Shown here in pieces: positions 36,906 through 45,108 of a DNA stretch of 64,000 bases (position 1 is its first letter; each line of letters begins with the position of its first letter). This DNA is from Candidatus Limnocylindria bacterium (lineage in GTDB: Bacteria > Chloroflexota > Limnocylindria > QHBO01), in assembly GCA_035708065.1 (NCBI GenBank), contig DASSTC010000016.1, positions 12,773-76,772 on the forward strand, in the 5' to 3' direction. Position numbers and translations under genes: made by a program. Below the pieces are notes generated by a model. That model saw only the letters and a program-made list of their open reading frames with translations, searched no databases and was not told the DNA's origin.

Positions 36906-38204
36906 CTAGACCGATGCGAGGGCCTGGCCGATGATCTCCACCGCCTGGTCGACCTCGGCATCGGTCGTCACCAACGGAGGAATGATCCGCACCACGTTGC
37001 CGTAGGTGCCGCAGTTGAGCAGCAGCAGGTGCCGATCGAAGGCGGCCCCAATCACCTGCTTGGCGAGATCCGGGCGAGGCGCGCGCGTCTCGGGGTCGGC
37101 AAGCTCGAACGCGACCATCAGGCCGCGGCCGCGCACCTCGGCGACGCCGGCGTGCCGCTCGGCTGCCGCGCGGAGGCCGGCCAGCAGCCGCTCGCCCTGG
37201 CGCTCGGCATTGGCCACCAGCCCTTCGTCCTCCATGACGTCGAGCGTCGCCAGCGCGGCGGCGCACGAGACGACGTTGCCGCCATAGGTCCCGCCGTGCG
37301 CGCCCGGGGCGAACGCCTCCATCAGCGATCGGCGGGCCATGATGCCCGACAGCGGCATGCCGGAGGCGATGCCCTTGGCCATGACGACGACGTCGGGGAC
37401 CGTATCGGTCCACTCGGAGGCGAAGAAGCGTCCCGTGCGGCCGAAGCCGGACTGCACCTCGTCGGCGATGACCAGGATGCCGTGGCGGTCGGCAATCTCG
37501 CGCAGCGCAGGCAGGAAGCCGTCGGGAGGCACCACGTACCCGCCCTCGCCCATCACCGGCTCGACCAGGAACGCGGCCACGTCGTCGGGGTAGATCAGCG
37601 TCGCGAACAGCTCCTCGACGCCGTCGATCGCCGCCCGGAGCGCCGCCTCCTCCGACCCGTAGCGCAAGGGATAGGGATAGGGAGCGAAGTGGATGCCGCC
37701 CAGCAGCGGCTCGTAGTGGCCGCGGTACTTCACGCTCGATGACGTCAAGGACATGGTTCCGTGGGTGCGGCCGTGGAAGCCGCCGCGGAAGGCGATCACC
37801 GCCGGGCGGCGCGTCGCCATCTTGGCCAGCTTGACGGCTGCCTCGACCGCTTCGGCGCCCGAATTCGAGAGGAACAGCGCAGCGTCGCCGCCGGGGAAGT
37901 AGCGTGGCAGCCGCTCGTGGAGCAGCAAGCCGGGCTGGTGGTAGACGATGTTCTGCTGGCCGTGGATCAGCTTGGCCGCCTGCTCCGCCACAGCCGCCGC
38001 CACCCGCGGATGCGCATGCCCGGTGCTGACCACACCGATGCCCGAGGTGTAGTCGAGGTACCGCTCGCCATCGACGGTCTCCAGCCACGAGCCGAAGCCA
38101 CGCTCGATGACAAGGTCGGTGTATCGGGCCCAGACCGCCGGCACGCCGTCGCGCAGTGCGGTCCAGGGCGCAGAACTCAGAACGTTGGTGGCGTGTTGAT
38201 CCAC
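36906..38204 (-). CDS. Class-III aminotransferase (4-aminobutyrate/putrescine aminotransferase-like)
   Basis: GIGVVSTGHAHP, SNSGAEA, ADEVQSGFGRTG, and MAKGIASG (PLP Lys). Start proposed at GTG 38204, overlapping the regulator by 28 nt. The ATG at 38315 is less likely. Confidence 0.9.
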   Translation of the reverse strand: MDQHATNVLSSAPWTALRDGVPAVWARYTDLVIERGFGSWLETVDGERYLDYTSGIGVVSTGHAHPRVAAAVAEQAAKLIHGQQNIVYHQPGLLLHERLPRYFPGGDAALFLSNSGAEAVEAAVKLAKMATRRPAVIAFRGGFHGRTHGTMSLTSSSVKYRGHYEPLLGGIHFAPYPYPLRYGSEEAALRAAIDGVEELFATLIYPDDVAAFLVEPVMGEGGYVVPPDGFLPALREIADRHGILVIADEVQSGFGRTGRFFASEWTDTVPDVVVMAKGIASGMPLSGIMARRSLMEAFAPGAHGGTYGGNVVSCAAALATLDVMEDEGLVANAERQGERLLAGLRAAAERHAGVAEVRGRGLMVAFELADPETRAPRPDLAKQVIGAAFDRHLLLLNCGTYGNVVRIIPPLVTTDAEVDQAVEIIGQALASV

Positions 38205-38953
38205 AGCAGTCGGGTCTCCCCGCTGGCCTCGTTGCGCCAGCGATGCGGCAGGGTGGAGGGAAAGGTGAGCGCATCCCCCTCGCTGAGCTGGTAGTGCTCG
38301 TCGGCGCCGAGCCACACGGCGAGCGATCCGGCCAGGACGAAGATGACCTCCTCGCCGGCGTGGGTGTAGGCGCCGTCGCTGGTGGCGCCCGGCGCCAGGA
38401 CGAAGAGCTGCGGCTCGAGCTGGGTGCTGCCCTGCGCCAGCTGCTCGATCCGTACGCCGTCACCCAGCTGCAGCGCCGGCCGCGCGTCGCCGCGCACCAT
38501 GCGTTCGCCGCGCCCCGCGTCGCCGTCGATCAGGTCCAGCAGGGTCGTCCCGTAGGCGGCCGACAGACGGCGCATCGTCCCGACGCTGGCTGCCGCGGCA
38601 CCGCGCTCGACGGCGCTGATGTAGCCCGACGACAGGCCGGAGCGCTCGGCGGCGGCCCGCAGCGACAGCCCCGAGCCCCGGCGCAGCTCCCGCAGCCGGC
38701 GGCCGTCCGCTGACGCCGCGCCGGCATGGCCGCTCAGCACGCGCCGGATGCCCGAAGGATTGACGCCGTCGACCCGACGCAGCCGCTGCACGCGATCCAG
38801 CCGGGCGAGGTCGTCGTCGGTGTACAGGCGGTAGCCGCTCGTCGTGCGCATCGGTCGAACCAGGCCCTGGCGTTCCCATTGGCGCAGCGCCGATGCCGAG
38901 ACGCCCACCCGACGCGCGGCCTCCGAGATGCGGTAGGCGGTCGAATCGGTCAT
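38177..38953 (-). CDS. Three-domain transcriptional regulator: MerR-HTH + XRE-HTH + cupin
   Basis: 258 aa from ATG 38953 (ATGA overlap with the upstream permease). YRISEAARRVGVSASALRQWERQGL is MerR-like. LSLRAAAERSGLSSGYISAVERG is XRE-like. The C-terminus H.GEEVIFVL.G...GDALTFPS..PHRW is cupin-like. Confidence 0.85.
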   Translation of the reverse strand: MTDSTAYRISEAARRVGVSASALRQWERQGLVRPMRTTSGYRLYTDDDLARLDRVQRLRRVDGVNPSGIRRVLSGHAGAASADGRRLRELRRGSGLSLRAAAERSGLSSGYISAVERGAAAASVGTMRRLSAAYGTTLLDLIDGDAGRGERMVRGDARPALQLGDGVRIEQLAQGSTQLEPQLFVLAPGATSDGAYTHAGEEVIFVLAGSLAVWLGADEHYQLSEGDALTFPSTLPHRWRNEASGETRLLWINTPPTF

Positions 38954-39801
38954 TCGTCGAACGGCCGCGCGGTGAGCTCGCGCCGCTGCAGCAGGATCCA
39001 GCCGACGATCCCGACCACTGCCACGACGAAGATCAGCGTGCCCATCACGTTCACCTGCGGCGGGATGCCGATCCGCGACGCGCCGTAGACCCACAATGGG
39101 AACGTGCTCGTCCGGCCGGAGACGAACAGGGTGATCACGAAATCGTCGATCGACAGGGCGAAGGCGAGCAGTGCCGCGGCCAGGATGCCCGGAAAGATCA
39201 ACGGCAGGGTGATCTTGCGGAACGTGGTCCACTCGTCGGCGCCGAGGTCCTGCGCCGCTTCCTCCAGGCGCCGATCGAACCCGGAGATCCGCGCGCGCAC
39301 GGTGATCACCACGAAGCTGATGTTGAACATGATGTGGGCGATCACGATCGTGGTCAGGTCGCGCGACACGCCGAGCGACACGAAGAGCGCCAGCAGGCTG
39401 GCGCCGAGCACGACCTCGGGCGTCGCGATCGGCAGGAAGATCAGCACGTTCAGCGGTCCGCGTCCGCGGAACGTGTACCGGGTCAGTGCCAGTGCGATGA
39501 GCGTCCCGAGCACGGTCGCCACGATCGTCGACACGACGGCGACCAGCAGGCTGGTCATCAGCGCATCGGCCAAACCCGGCACCGAGAAGAGCTCGGCATA
39601 GTTGTCGAGGGTGAAGCCCTGCCACGTGAAGTTGAAGCGGCCCTGCGGGTTGTTGAACCCGAACAGGATCATCACCGCGATCGGGATGAACAGGTATGCC
39701 ACCGCCAGGCCGGTGTAGACGGGCAGGATCCATTGACCGATGCGCACGCGCGAGCCCGCGCGTGCGGAGGGGACCGGTCGGGCCGCGGCCGTGGCGCTCA
39801 T
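38950..39801 (-). CDS. potC: Spermidine/putrescine-type ABC permease
   Basis: 283 aa, 6 TM, with EAA-type loop EEAAQDLGADEWTTFRKITLP. ATGA overlap with the upstream permease. Confidence 0.88.
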   Translation of the reverse strand: MSATAAARPVPSARAGSRVRIGQWILPVYTGLAVAYLFIPIAVMILFGFNNPQGRFNFTWQGFTLDNYAELFSVPGLADALMTSLLVAVVSTIVATVLGTLIALALTRYTFRGRGPLNVLIFLPIATPEVVLGASLLALFVSLGVSRDLTTIVIAHIMFNISFVVITVRARISGFDRRLEEAAQDLGADEWTTFRKITLPLIFPGILAAALLAFALSIDDFVITLFVSGRTSTFPLWVYGASRIGIPPQVNVMGTLIFVVAVVGIVGWILLQRRELTARPFDE

Positions 39802-40661
39802 CCGCCGGTGAGCTCCTCGCCGCCGAGCACCCTGGCGTACACGGCCACGCCGAACAGGATGGCAACCATCAGGATCAGGCTCAGCGCCGCCGCCTCAGGG
39901 TAGTCGTTCGACTGCAGGAAGCGGAACTGGATGACGTTGCCGATCATCGTCGTCTCGCGGCTGCCGAGCAGGTCGGCGTTGATGAAGTCACCGACCGCCG
40001 GGATGAAGCACAGCAGCGATGCGGCGAAGACGCCGGGCAGGCTGAGCGGCAGGGTCACGCGGCGGAACGCCTGCCAGCGGCTGGCGTACAGGTCGGTGGC
40101 CGCCTCGACCAGGCGATGGTCGATCTTCTCGAGGGCCACGTACAGCGGCAGCACGACGAACGGCAGGAAGTTGTAGGTGATGCCGCTGATCACCGCCGCC
40201 GGCGTGGCAAGGAGGTGAAAGCCCTCGTCCAACAGCCCCCAGCTCTTGAGCGTGCCGAGGACGATCCCCTGGTCGGCGAGCAGGAACTTCCAGCTGATGG
40301 TGCGGATGATGAAGCTGGTGAAGAACGGCAAAATGACGAGCAGGAGCAGGATGTTCTTGTATCGGCCGCCACGGAAGGCGATCGTGTAGGCCATCGGGTA
40401 GCCGATCGCCAGCGTGAGCGCGGTGACGATCAGCCCGTACTCCAGCGACCGGATGAACTGCGTCGAGTTCTTGGCGAGGACCTCGGGGAAGATCCCGAAG
40501 TTGAAGGTCAGCCGATAGCCCTGGCTGAGCGTCCCTTCCTGGACGCTGACCGATGCCATGGTCAGCATCGGCAGCAGGAAGAAGAAGATCAGCCAGAGAC
40601 CACCGGGGATCAGCAGCAGGTAGGGGATCGCCCAGCGGTGGCGCCGCAGGAACGCCGGCAC
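39798..40661 (-). CDS. potB: Spermidine/putrescine-type ABC permease
   Basis: 287 aa, 6 TM, with loop VEAATDLYASRWQAFRRVTLP. Confidence 0.88.
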   Translation of the reverse strand: MPAFLRRHRWAIPYLLLIPGGLWLIFFFLLPMLTMASVSVQEGTLSQGYRLTFNFGIFPEVLAKNSTQFIRSLEYGLIVTALTLAIGYPMAYTIAFRGGRYKNILLLLVILPFFTSFIIRTISWKFLLADQGIVLGTLKSWGLLDEGFHLLATPAAVISGITYNFLPFVVLPLYVALEKIDHRLVEAATDLYASRWQAFRRVTLPLSLPGVFAASLLCFIPAVGDFINADLLGSRETTMIGNVIQFRFLQSNDYPEAAALSLILMVAILFGVAVYARVLGGEELTGG

Positions 40662-40665
40662 GCGA

Positions 40666-41985
40666 TCAGCCCTGGACCACTTCCTGGAACAGGTCGTTCC
40701 ACTGCGACTCCTCGTCCTCGCTGAGCGCCTTGTAGCTGTAGACCTTGGCCAGCATGTCCTCGGTCGGGAAGACGAGCGGCGACGCGGCCACGGTGTTCAG
40801 GTAGTCCGACGTCTCCGAGTCGCCCTCGTCCGACGCGTCCTTGGCGTGCTGCTCGATGATCGCCTTCGCCTCTGGGACCGGGCAGATGTAGTTCACGTAC
40901 TCGGTGATCTGCGCCGCGATCTCGGGCTGGTAGACGAAGTTCATCATCTGCTGGGCGTCGACCGGATGCTTCGCGTGGGCCGGGATCGCCATGTTGTCGA
41001 CCCACAGGATGCCGCCCTCCTCGGGGACGACGAACTTGAGGTCCGGGTTGTCGAACTGGAGCTGGAACACGTCGCCGGACCAGGCCATGGTGACCGCCAG
41101 GTCGCCGTTGGCCAGCGCATCCGCGTACGAGTTGTCGTAATAGTCTCGGACCAGGGGCCCCTGCTCGAGCAGCTTCTGCTGTGCGCGCTTGACGTCGTCG
41201 ATGGTGGCGTCGAGCGGCTTCACACCGATGCCCAGCAGCGCCAGGTTCATCGTGTCGCGCATCTCGGTGAACATCCCGATCTTGCCCTTGAACGTGGGGT
41301 CGAACAGGTCCTTCCAGCTGGTGACCTCGCGCTTGGTGAGCTTCGGGTTGTAGGCGATGCCGGTGATCCCGGACTGCCACGGCACGCTGTGCAGGTTGTT
41401 CGGGTCGTAGCCGGGGTTCTGGTACTTGTCGCCGGCGTGCTCGCCGAAGTTCGGCACGTTGGCGGCGACGTCGATCTCCTCCAGGTAGCCCAGCCCGGCC
41501 ATCTTGGTGATCATCCAGTCGGTGACCACGATGAGGTCGTAGCCGGTGTCCTGCCCTGCCGCGAGGACCGGCTGGATCTTGCCGAAGAACGAGACGTTGT
41601 CCTCGATGTCCTCGGTGTAGCTCACCTTCGAGTTCGTCGCCGCCTCGTAGTCGGTGATCGTCTTGTGCTTGGTCTCGTCCTCTTCATCGGTGTCGATGTA
41701 GAGCGGCCAGTTCGCAAAGTTGAGCACGCCCGCCGCGCTCGGCTGCGGTGTCGGCGCCACGCTGGCGCTGCCGGATACGCTCGGCGCAGCGCTGGATGGC
41801 TTGGGCGTCGTGGCTGGACCGATGCCACACGCCGCGAGGATCGCCGGCAGGGACAGCGCCGACCCGGCGATCAGGCCGCCGCGGCCCGCTCGCCGCAGGA
41901 AGCTTCGGCGCGAAAGTCGCTCGTTGGCGACCGCGCGCTCGATGGCACGCTCGATCCGGCTCAGCTGGTCGTGGTCGTCAGGCAT
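40666..41985 (-). CDS. potD: Polyamine-type extracellular solute-binding lipoprotein (Tat signal)
   Basis: RRSFLRR twin-arginine motif plus LAACG lipobox, with a PotD/PotF-like body. Start taken at ATG 41985, overlapping the potA stop by 8 nt. An alternative start is at 42018. Confidence 0.85.
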   Translation of the reverse strand: MPDDHDQLSRIERAIERAVANERLSRRSFLRRAGRGGLIAGSALSLPAILAACGIGPATTPKPSSAAPSVSGSASVAPTPQPSAAGVLNFANWPLYIDTDEEDETKHKTITDYEAATNSKVSYTEDIEDNVSFFGKIQPVLAAGQDTGYDLIVVTDWMITKMAGLGYLEEIDVAANVPNFGEHAGDKYQNPGYDPNNLHSVPWQSGITGIAYNPKLTKREVTSWKDLFDPTFKGKIGMFTEMRDTMNLALLGIGVKPLDATIDDVKRAQQKLLEQGPLVRDYYDNSYADALANGDLAVTMAWSGDVFQLQFDNPDLKFVVPEEGGILWVDNMAIPAHAKHPVDAQQMMNFVYQPEIAAQITEYVNYICPVPEAKAIIEQHAKDASDEGDSETSDYLNTVAASPLVFPTEDMLAKVYSYKALSEDEESQWNDLFQEVVQG

Positions 41986-43144
41986 CGGTGGCTCCTTGTG
42001 CGTCTGCGTCGATGGCATCGGTCGAAATGGGATCGCCGGCCGAGCCGGCGTCGATGACGAAGGTGTGCTGTGGCTTCCAGGTCAGGCGCACACGCTGGCC
42101 GTCCGCCAGCGCCTCCTTGGCGCCGCTCGTCTCCAGGTTCTGGGCGTAGACACTCAGCCGTTGGCCATCCCGCGTCTCCACCAGGTACTGGGTGCTGACG
42201 CCGATGTAGCTGGCGTCGAGGATCGTGGCGTCGAGCACGTTGAGGCCGTGCGTGCTCGTGGTCGTGTCGTCGTGGAGGGCAACGCGCAGCTTCTCGGGTC
42301 GGACCCCGACGCGCACCCGCGGGGAGCCGTTGACCGTGGCCTTCGGTGCGCGGAGCAGCGTTCCGTCGTCGAGCCGCACGGTGGTCAGCTCGTCGTCGGT
42401 GCCGGCCACGTCGCCCTCGAGGAGGTTGCTGACGCCCAGGAAGCCGGCCACGAACTCAGTGGCCGGCCGCTCGTAGAGCTCCTCCGGTGCGCCGAGCTGC
42501 TCGATGTGACCGGCGCGCATGACCGCGATGCGGTCGGACATCGTCATCGCCTCTTCCTGGTCGTGCGTGACGTAGATGAAGGTGATGCCGACCTCGGTCT
42601 GAATGCGCTTCAGCTCGATCTGCATCTGCTTGCGCAGCTTCAGGTCGAGGGCGCCGAGCGGCTCGTCGAGCAGGAGGACCTGCGGATGGTTGATCAGCGC
42701 GCGGGCGAGTGCGACCCGCTGCTGCTGCCCGCCGGACAGCTGCGACGGCTTGCGGCGCTCGTAGCCGGGGAGCTCGACGAGCTCGAGGAGCGCGGCGACC
42801 TGGTGGCGGATCTCGGAGTCGGGGACGCGGCGACGGCGCAGCCCGAAGGCCACGTTCTCGTAGACCGTCAGGTGCGGGAAGAGGGCGTAGCTCTGGAAGA
42901 CGGTGTTGACGTCGCGCTTGAACGGCGGCAGCCCGGTGACATCCTTCTCGGCCAGGAAGATGTGGCCGTTCGTCGCGTCCTCGAAGCCGCCGATCATCCG
43001 CAGCGTGGTCGTCTTGCCGCACCCCGACGGTCCGAGCATGGAAAAGAACTCGCCGCGAATGATCTCGAGCGAGAGGTCGTCGACGGCAACGACTTCCGCG
43101 AATCGCTTCGTGACGTGATCGAGGCGGACGTCGACCTGTGGCAC
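41978..43144 (-). CDS. potA: Spermidine/putrescine ABC transporter ATP-binding protein
   Basis: 388 aa. Walker A GPSGCGKTT, LSGGQQQRVALARAL, LLLDEP, and a C-terminal TOBE-like region. Confidence 0.92.
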   Translation of the reverse strand: MPQVDVRLDHVTKRFAEVVAVDDLSLEIIRGEFFSMLGPSGCGKTTTLRMIGGFEDATNGHIFLAEKDVTGLPPFKRDVNTVFQSYALFPHLTVYENVAFGLRRRRVPDSEIRHQVAALLELVELPGYERRKPSQLSGGQQQRVALARALINHPQVLLLDEPLGALDLKLRKQMQIELKRIQTEVGITFIYVTHDQEEAMTMSDRIAVMRAGHIEQLGAPEELYERPATEFVAGFLGVSNLLEGDVAGTDDELTTVRLDDGTLLRAPKATVNGSPRVRVGVRPEKLRVALHDDTTTSTHGLNVLDATILDASYIGVSTQYLVETRDGQRLSVYAQNLETSGAKEALADGQRVRLTWKPQHTFVIDAGSAGDPISTDAIDADAQGATDA

Positions 43145-43199
43145 TCAGGACCTCGGGGAGAGGGTGAACCTTGTCGAGTTGCTGCAGGGTTGGTGCGGC

Positions 43200-43230
43200 A
43201 GTATAGCGGCGCTTGTGCTCGCCGCGTCAA
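43200..43230 (-). promoter_or_regulatory. Sigma70-like promoter candidate for the potA operon (TTGACG-N19-TATACT)
   Basis: The minus strand reads TTGACG (43230-43225), then 19 nt, then TATACT (43205-43200), about 55 nt upstream of the potA ATG. The spacer is longer than optimal. Confidence 0.3.
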
Positions 43231-43694
43231 CGGGTTCTGGGCGTCGCGGCGTGCGGCGAGGGAACGAAGGATCATGAGTACCGGTTCCCGTAGGCGCCGC
43301 TAATCCGTCGGTCGGCAGGTGCGAACCGAATAACGGTCCTGCTGGGAGTCGGTAACACTGGGCCAGCCCGATCGGATGCGGATAACGGCTCCCAGCGATC
43401 TCATGAGCGGCTCACGACCGGCATCGGTCTGGAATACCGAATCCCGTGGGGATCGGTAAGCACCATCACAGGCCGGCACGGCAGAACGGATGCAACCCTT
43501 CGGTCGCTCGGCGCGTCTGAAGCGGTACATGGCCAAGCCAAACCACGCCAAGCGATCGAGGCCTCGCCCGGTGAGCTCGCGCAAGCTCCGCTCATCGGCC
43601 CGGCGCGCGGCAGATCGCCGAACCCGGCGCGAGCTGGAGCGCTGGCGCCGCAGCTGAGCTCGAGGAACGCCGGCCGAGTCCCGACCGGCGTTCT

Positions 43695-43703
43695 TGCTAC
43701 ACT
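43695..43703 (+). promoter_or_regulatory. Extended -10 candidate TGcTACACT upstream of the acyl-CoA dehydrogenase gene
   Basis: TGCTACACT lies 43 nt before ATG 43746, with GGAG at about -15 from the ATG. Confidence 0.3.
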
Positions 43704-43745
43704 CCGAACGCCCCGCAATCTCGCAGCCCGGAGTGCCCGTCGCCC

Positions 43746-44897
43746 ATGGACTTTGCGCTCGACGCACAGCACGAGGAGATCCGTCGCACGGTGCGAGACT
43801 TCGCCGAGCGACGGATCGCGCCGGTCGCCGACGAGCTGGAGCGCAAGGGCGCGTTTCCGTACGAGATCGTCCGCGAGGCCGCCGGCCTCGGGCTGCTGGG
43901 CGTGCCGTATCCCGAGGAGGTCGGCGGGACCGGGCTCGACAACCTGGCCTACGCCATCACCATCGAGGAGCTGGCACGGGTGTCGGGCAGCGTGGCGATC
44001 ATCGTCAGCGCCCACACTTCCCTCGGCTGCTACCCGCTCTACCTCGCCGGGACGCCCGAGCAGAAGGAGAAGTACCTCCGCCCGCTGGCCAGTGGCCAGA
44101 AGCTCGGGGCCTACGGTCTGACCGAGCCCGGCGCAGGGTCCGACTCGCGCGGAACGCGCACCCGCGCCGCGCGCGATGGCGACGAATGGGTCCTCAACGG
44201 CAGCAAGCGCTTCATCACCAACGCCGGCGCGGCCGATACCTACATCGTCACCGCGGTCACCGAGAAGAGCGCCGACAGCGGTCGGATCAGCGCCTTCATC
44301 GTCGATAAAGACACGCCGGGCTTCTCGATCGGCCGCATCGAGGAGAAGATGGGCCTCCACGCCTCGAACACCGGCGAGCTCCTGTTCGAGGACTGCCACA
44401 TTCCCGCCGAGAACCTGCTCGGTGAGGAGGGCGAGGGCGACAAGCTCTTCCTGGCGACGCTGGACGGGGGTCGCATCGGCATCGGCGCGATGGCACTCGG
44501 CCTGGCGCAGGCGGCCTACGAGGCCGCATCGGCCTATGCGAAGGAGCGCAAGCAGTTCGGCAAGCCGATCGGGGCCTTCCAGGGGGTCGCCTTTATGATC
44601 GCCGACATGGCCACCCAGACCGATGCCGCCCGGATGATGGTCTATCGCGCGGCGTGGCTGAAGGACTGCGGGCAGCCGTTCAGCACCGAGGCGGCGATGG
44701 CCAAGCTCTTCGCCTCCGAGGTCGCGCAGCAGGTCACCAACGACGCGGTCCAGGTGCACGGTGGCTACGGCTACATCACCGAGTACCGAGTCGAGCGCTA
44801 CCTGCGCGACGCGAAGCTCACCGAGATCGGCGAGGGAACGAGCCAGATCCAGCGCATGGTCATCGCGCGCAACCTCCTCGGGGTGCGCTCCGGCTAG
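43746..44897 (+). CDS. Acyl-CoA dehydrogenase
   Basis: 383 aa. LTEPGAGSD, FITN, and the C-terminal YEGT-type motif EIGEGTSQIQR. Confidence 0.93.
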   Translation: MDFALDAQHEEIRRTVRDFAERRIAPVADELERKGAFPYEIVREAAGLGLLGVPYPEEVGGTGLDNLAYAITIEELARVSGSVAIIVSAHTSLGCYPLYLAGTPEQKEKYLRPLASGQKLGAYGLTEPGAGSDSRGTRTRAARDGDEWVLNGSKRFITNAGAADTYIVTAVTEKSADSGRISAFIVDKDTPGFSIGRIEEKMGLHASNTGELLFEDCHIPAENLLGEEGEGDKLFLATLDGGRIGIGAMALGLAQAAYEAASAYAKERKQFGKPIGAFQGVAFMIADMATQTDAARMMVYRAAWLKDCGQPFSTEAAMAKLFASEVAQQVTNDAVQVHGGYGYITEYRVERYLRDAKLTEIGEGTSQIQRMVIARNLLGVRSG

Positions 44898-45108
44898 GGC
44901 GGTTTCGGGATCGGTCCGGCGCTTCGTCGGGGTGATTCACCACGGACTCAGATGACCGGGAACCCGGGGCTCTCGTGCATCTGATTCAGCCAAGACCGCA
45001 AATCGACCGATCCCACTGGTTTTCCCCTTCAGACGCGCTGTCTTGATTCACGAGCGCCGTCAGGTGCATGAGCGCCAGTCGCTGTCGGTCGTTTGAGTCC
45101 GAGCAGAA

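Noticed and set aside
38954-39865. Upstream two-thirds of ORF 38177..39865 (562 aa)
   Set aside because: It is out of frame with, and overlaps, the potC-like permease, which has clear TM and EAA-loop features. Only the MerR/XRE/cupin part from ATG 38953 is credible.
43157-43215. AGGGTGAAC...GGTGCGGCAGTATAGCGGCGC, reminiscent of RNase P RNA conserved regions
   Set aside because: The obligatory GAGGAAAGTCCGG (P4) element and the other conserved regions are absent on both strands. The segment is better explained as the potA promoter and 5' UTR.
41720-43303. 527-aa plus-strand ORF
   Set aside because: It is antisense to potD and potA, both of which have unambiguous ABC and solute-binding motifs.
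43529-43657. 42-codon very basic ORF (MAKPNHAKRSRPRPVSSRKLRSSARRAADRRTRRELERWRRS), superficially like a ribosomal protein
   Set aside because: It has no SD or -10 box in the right place and no match to bL34, bL36 or bS22 consensus as I remember them. Arg-rich ORFs arise by chance in GC-rich DNA.
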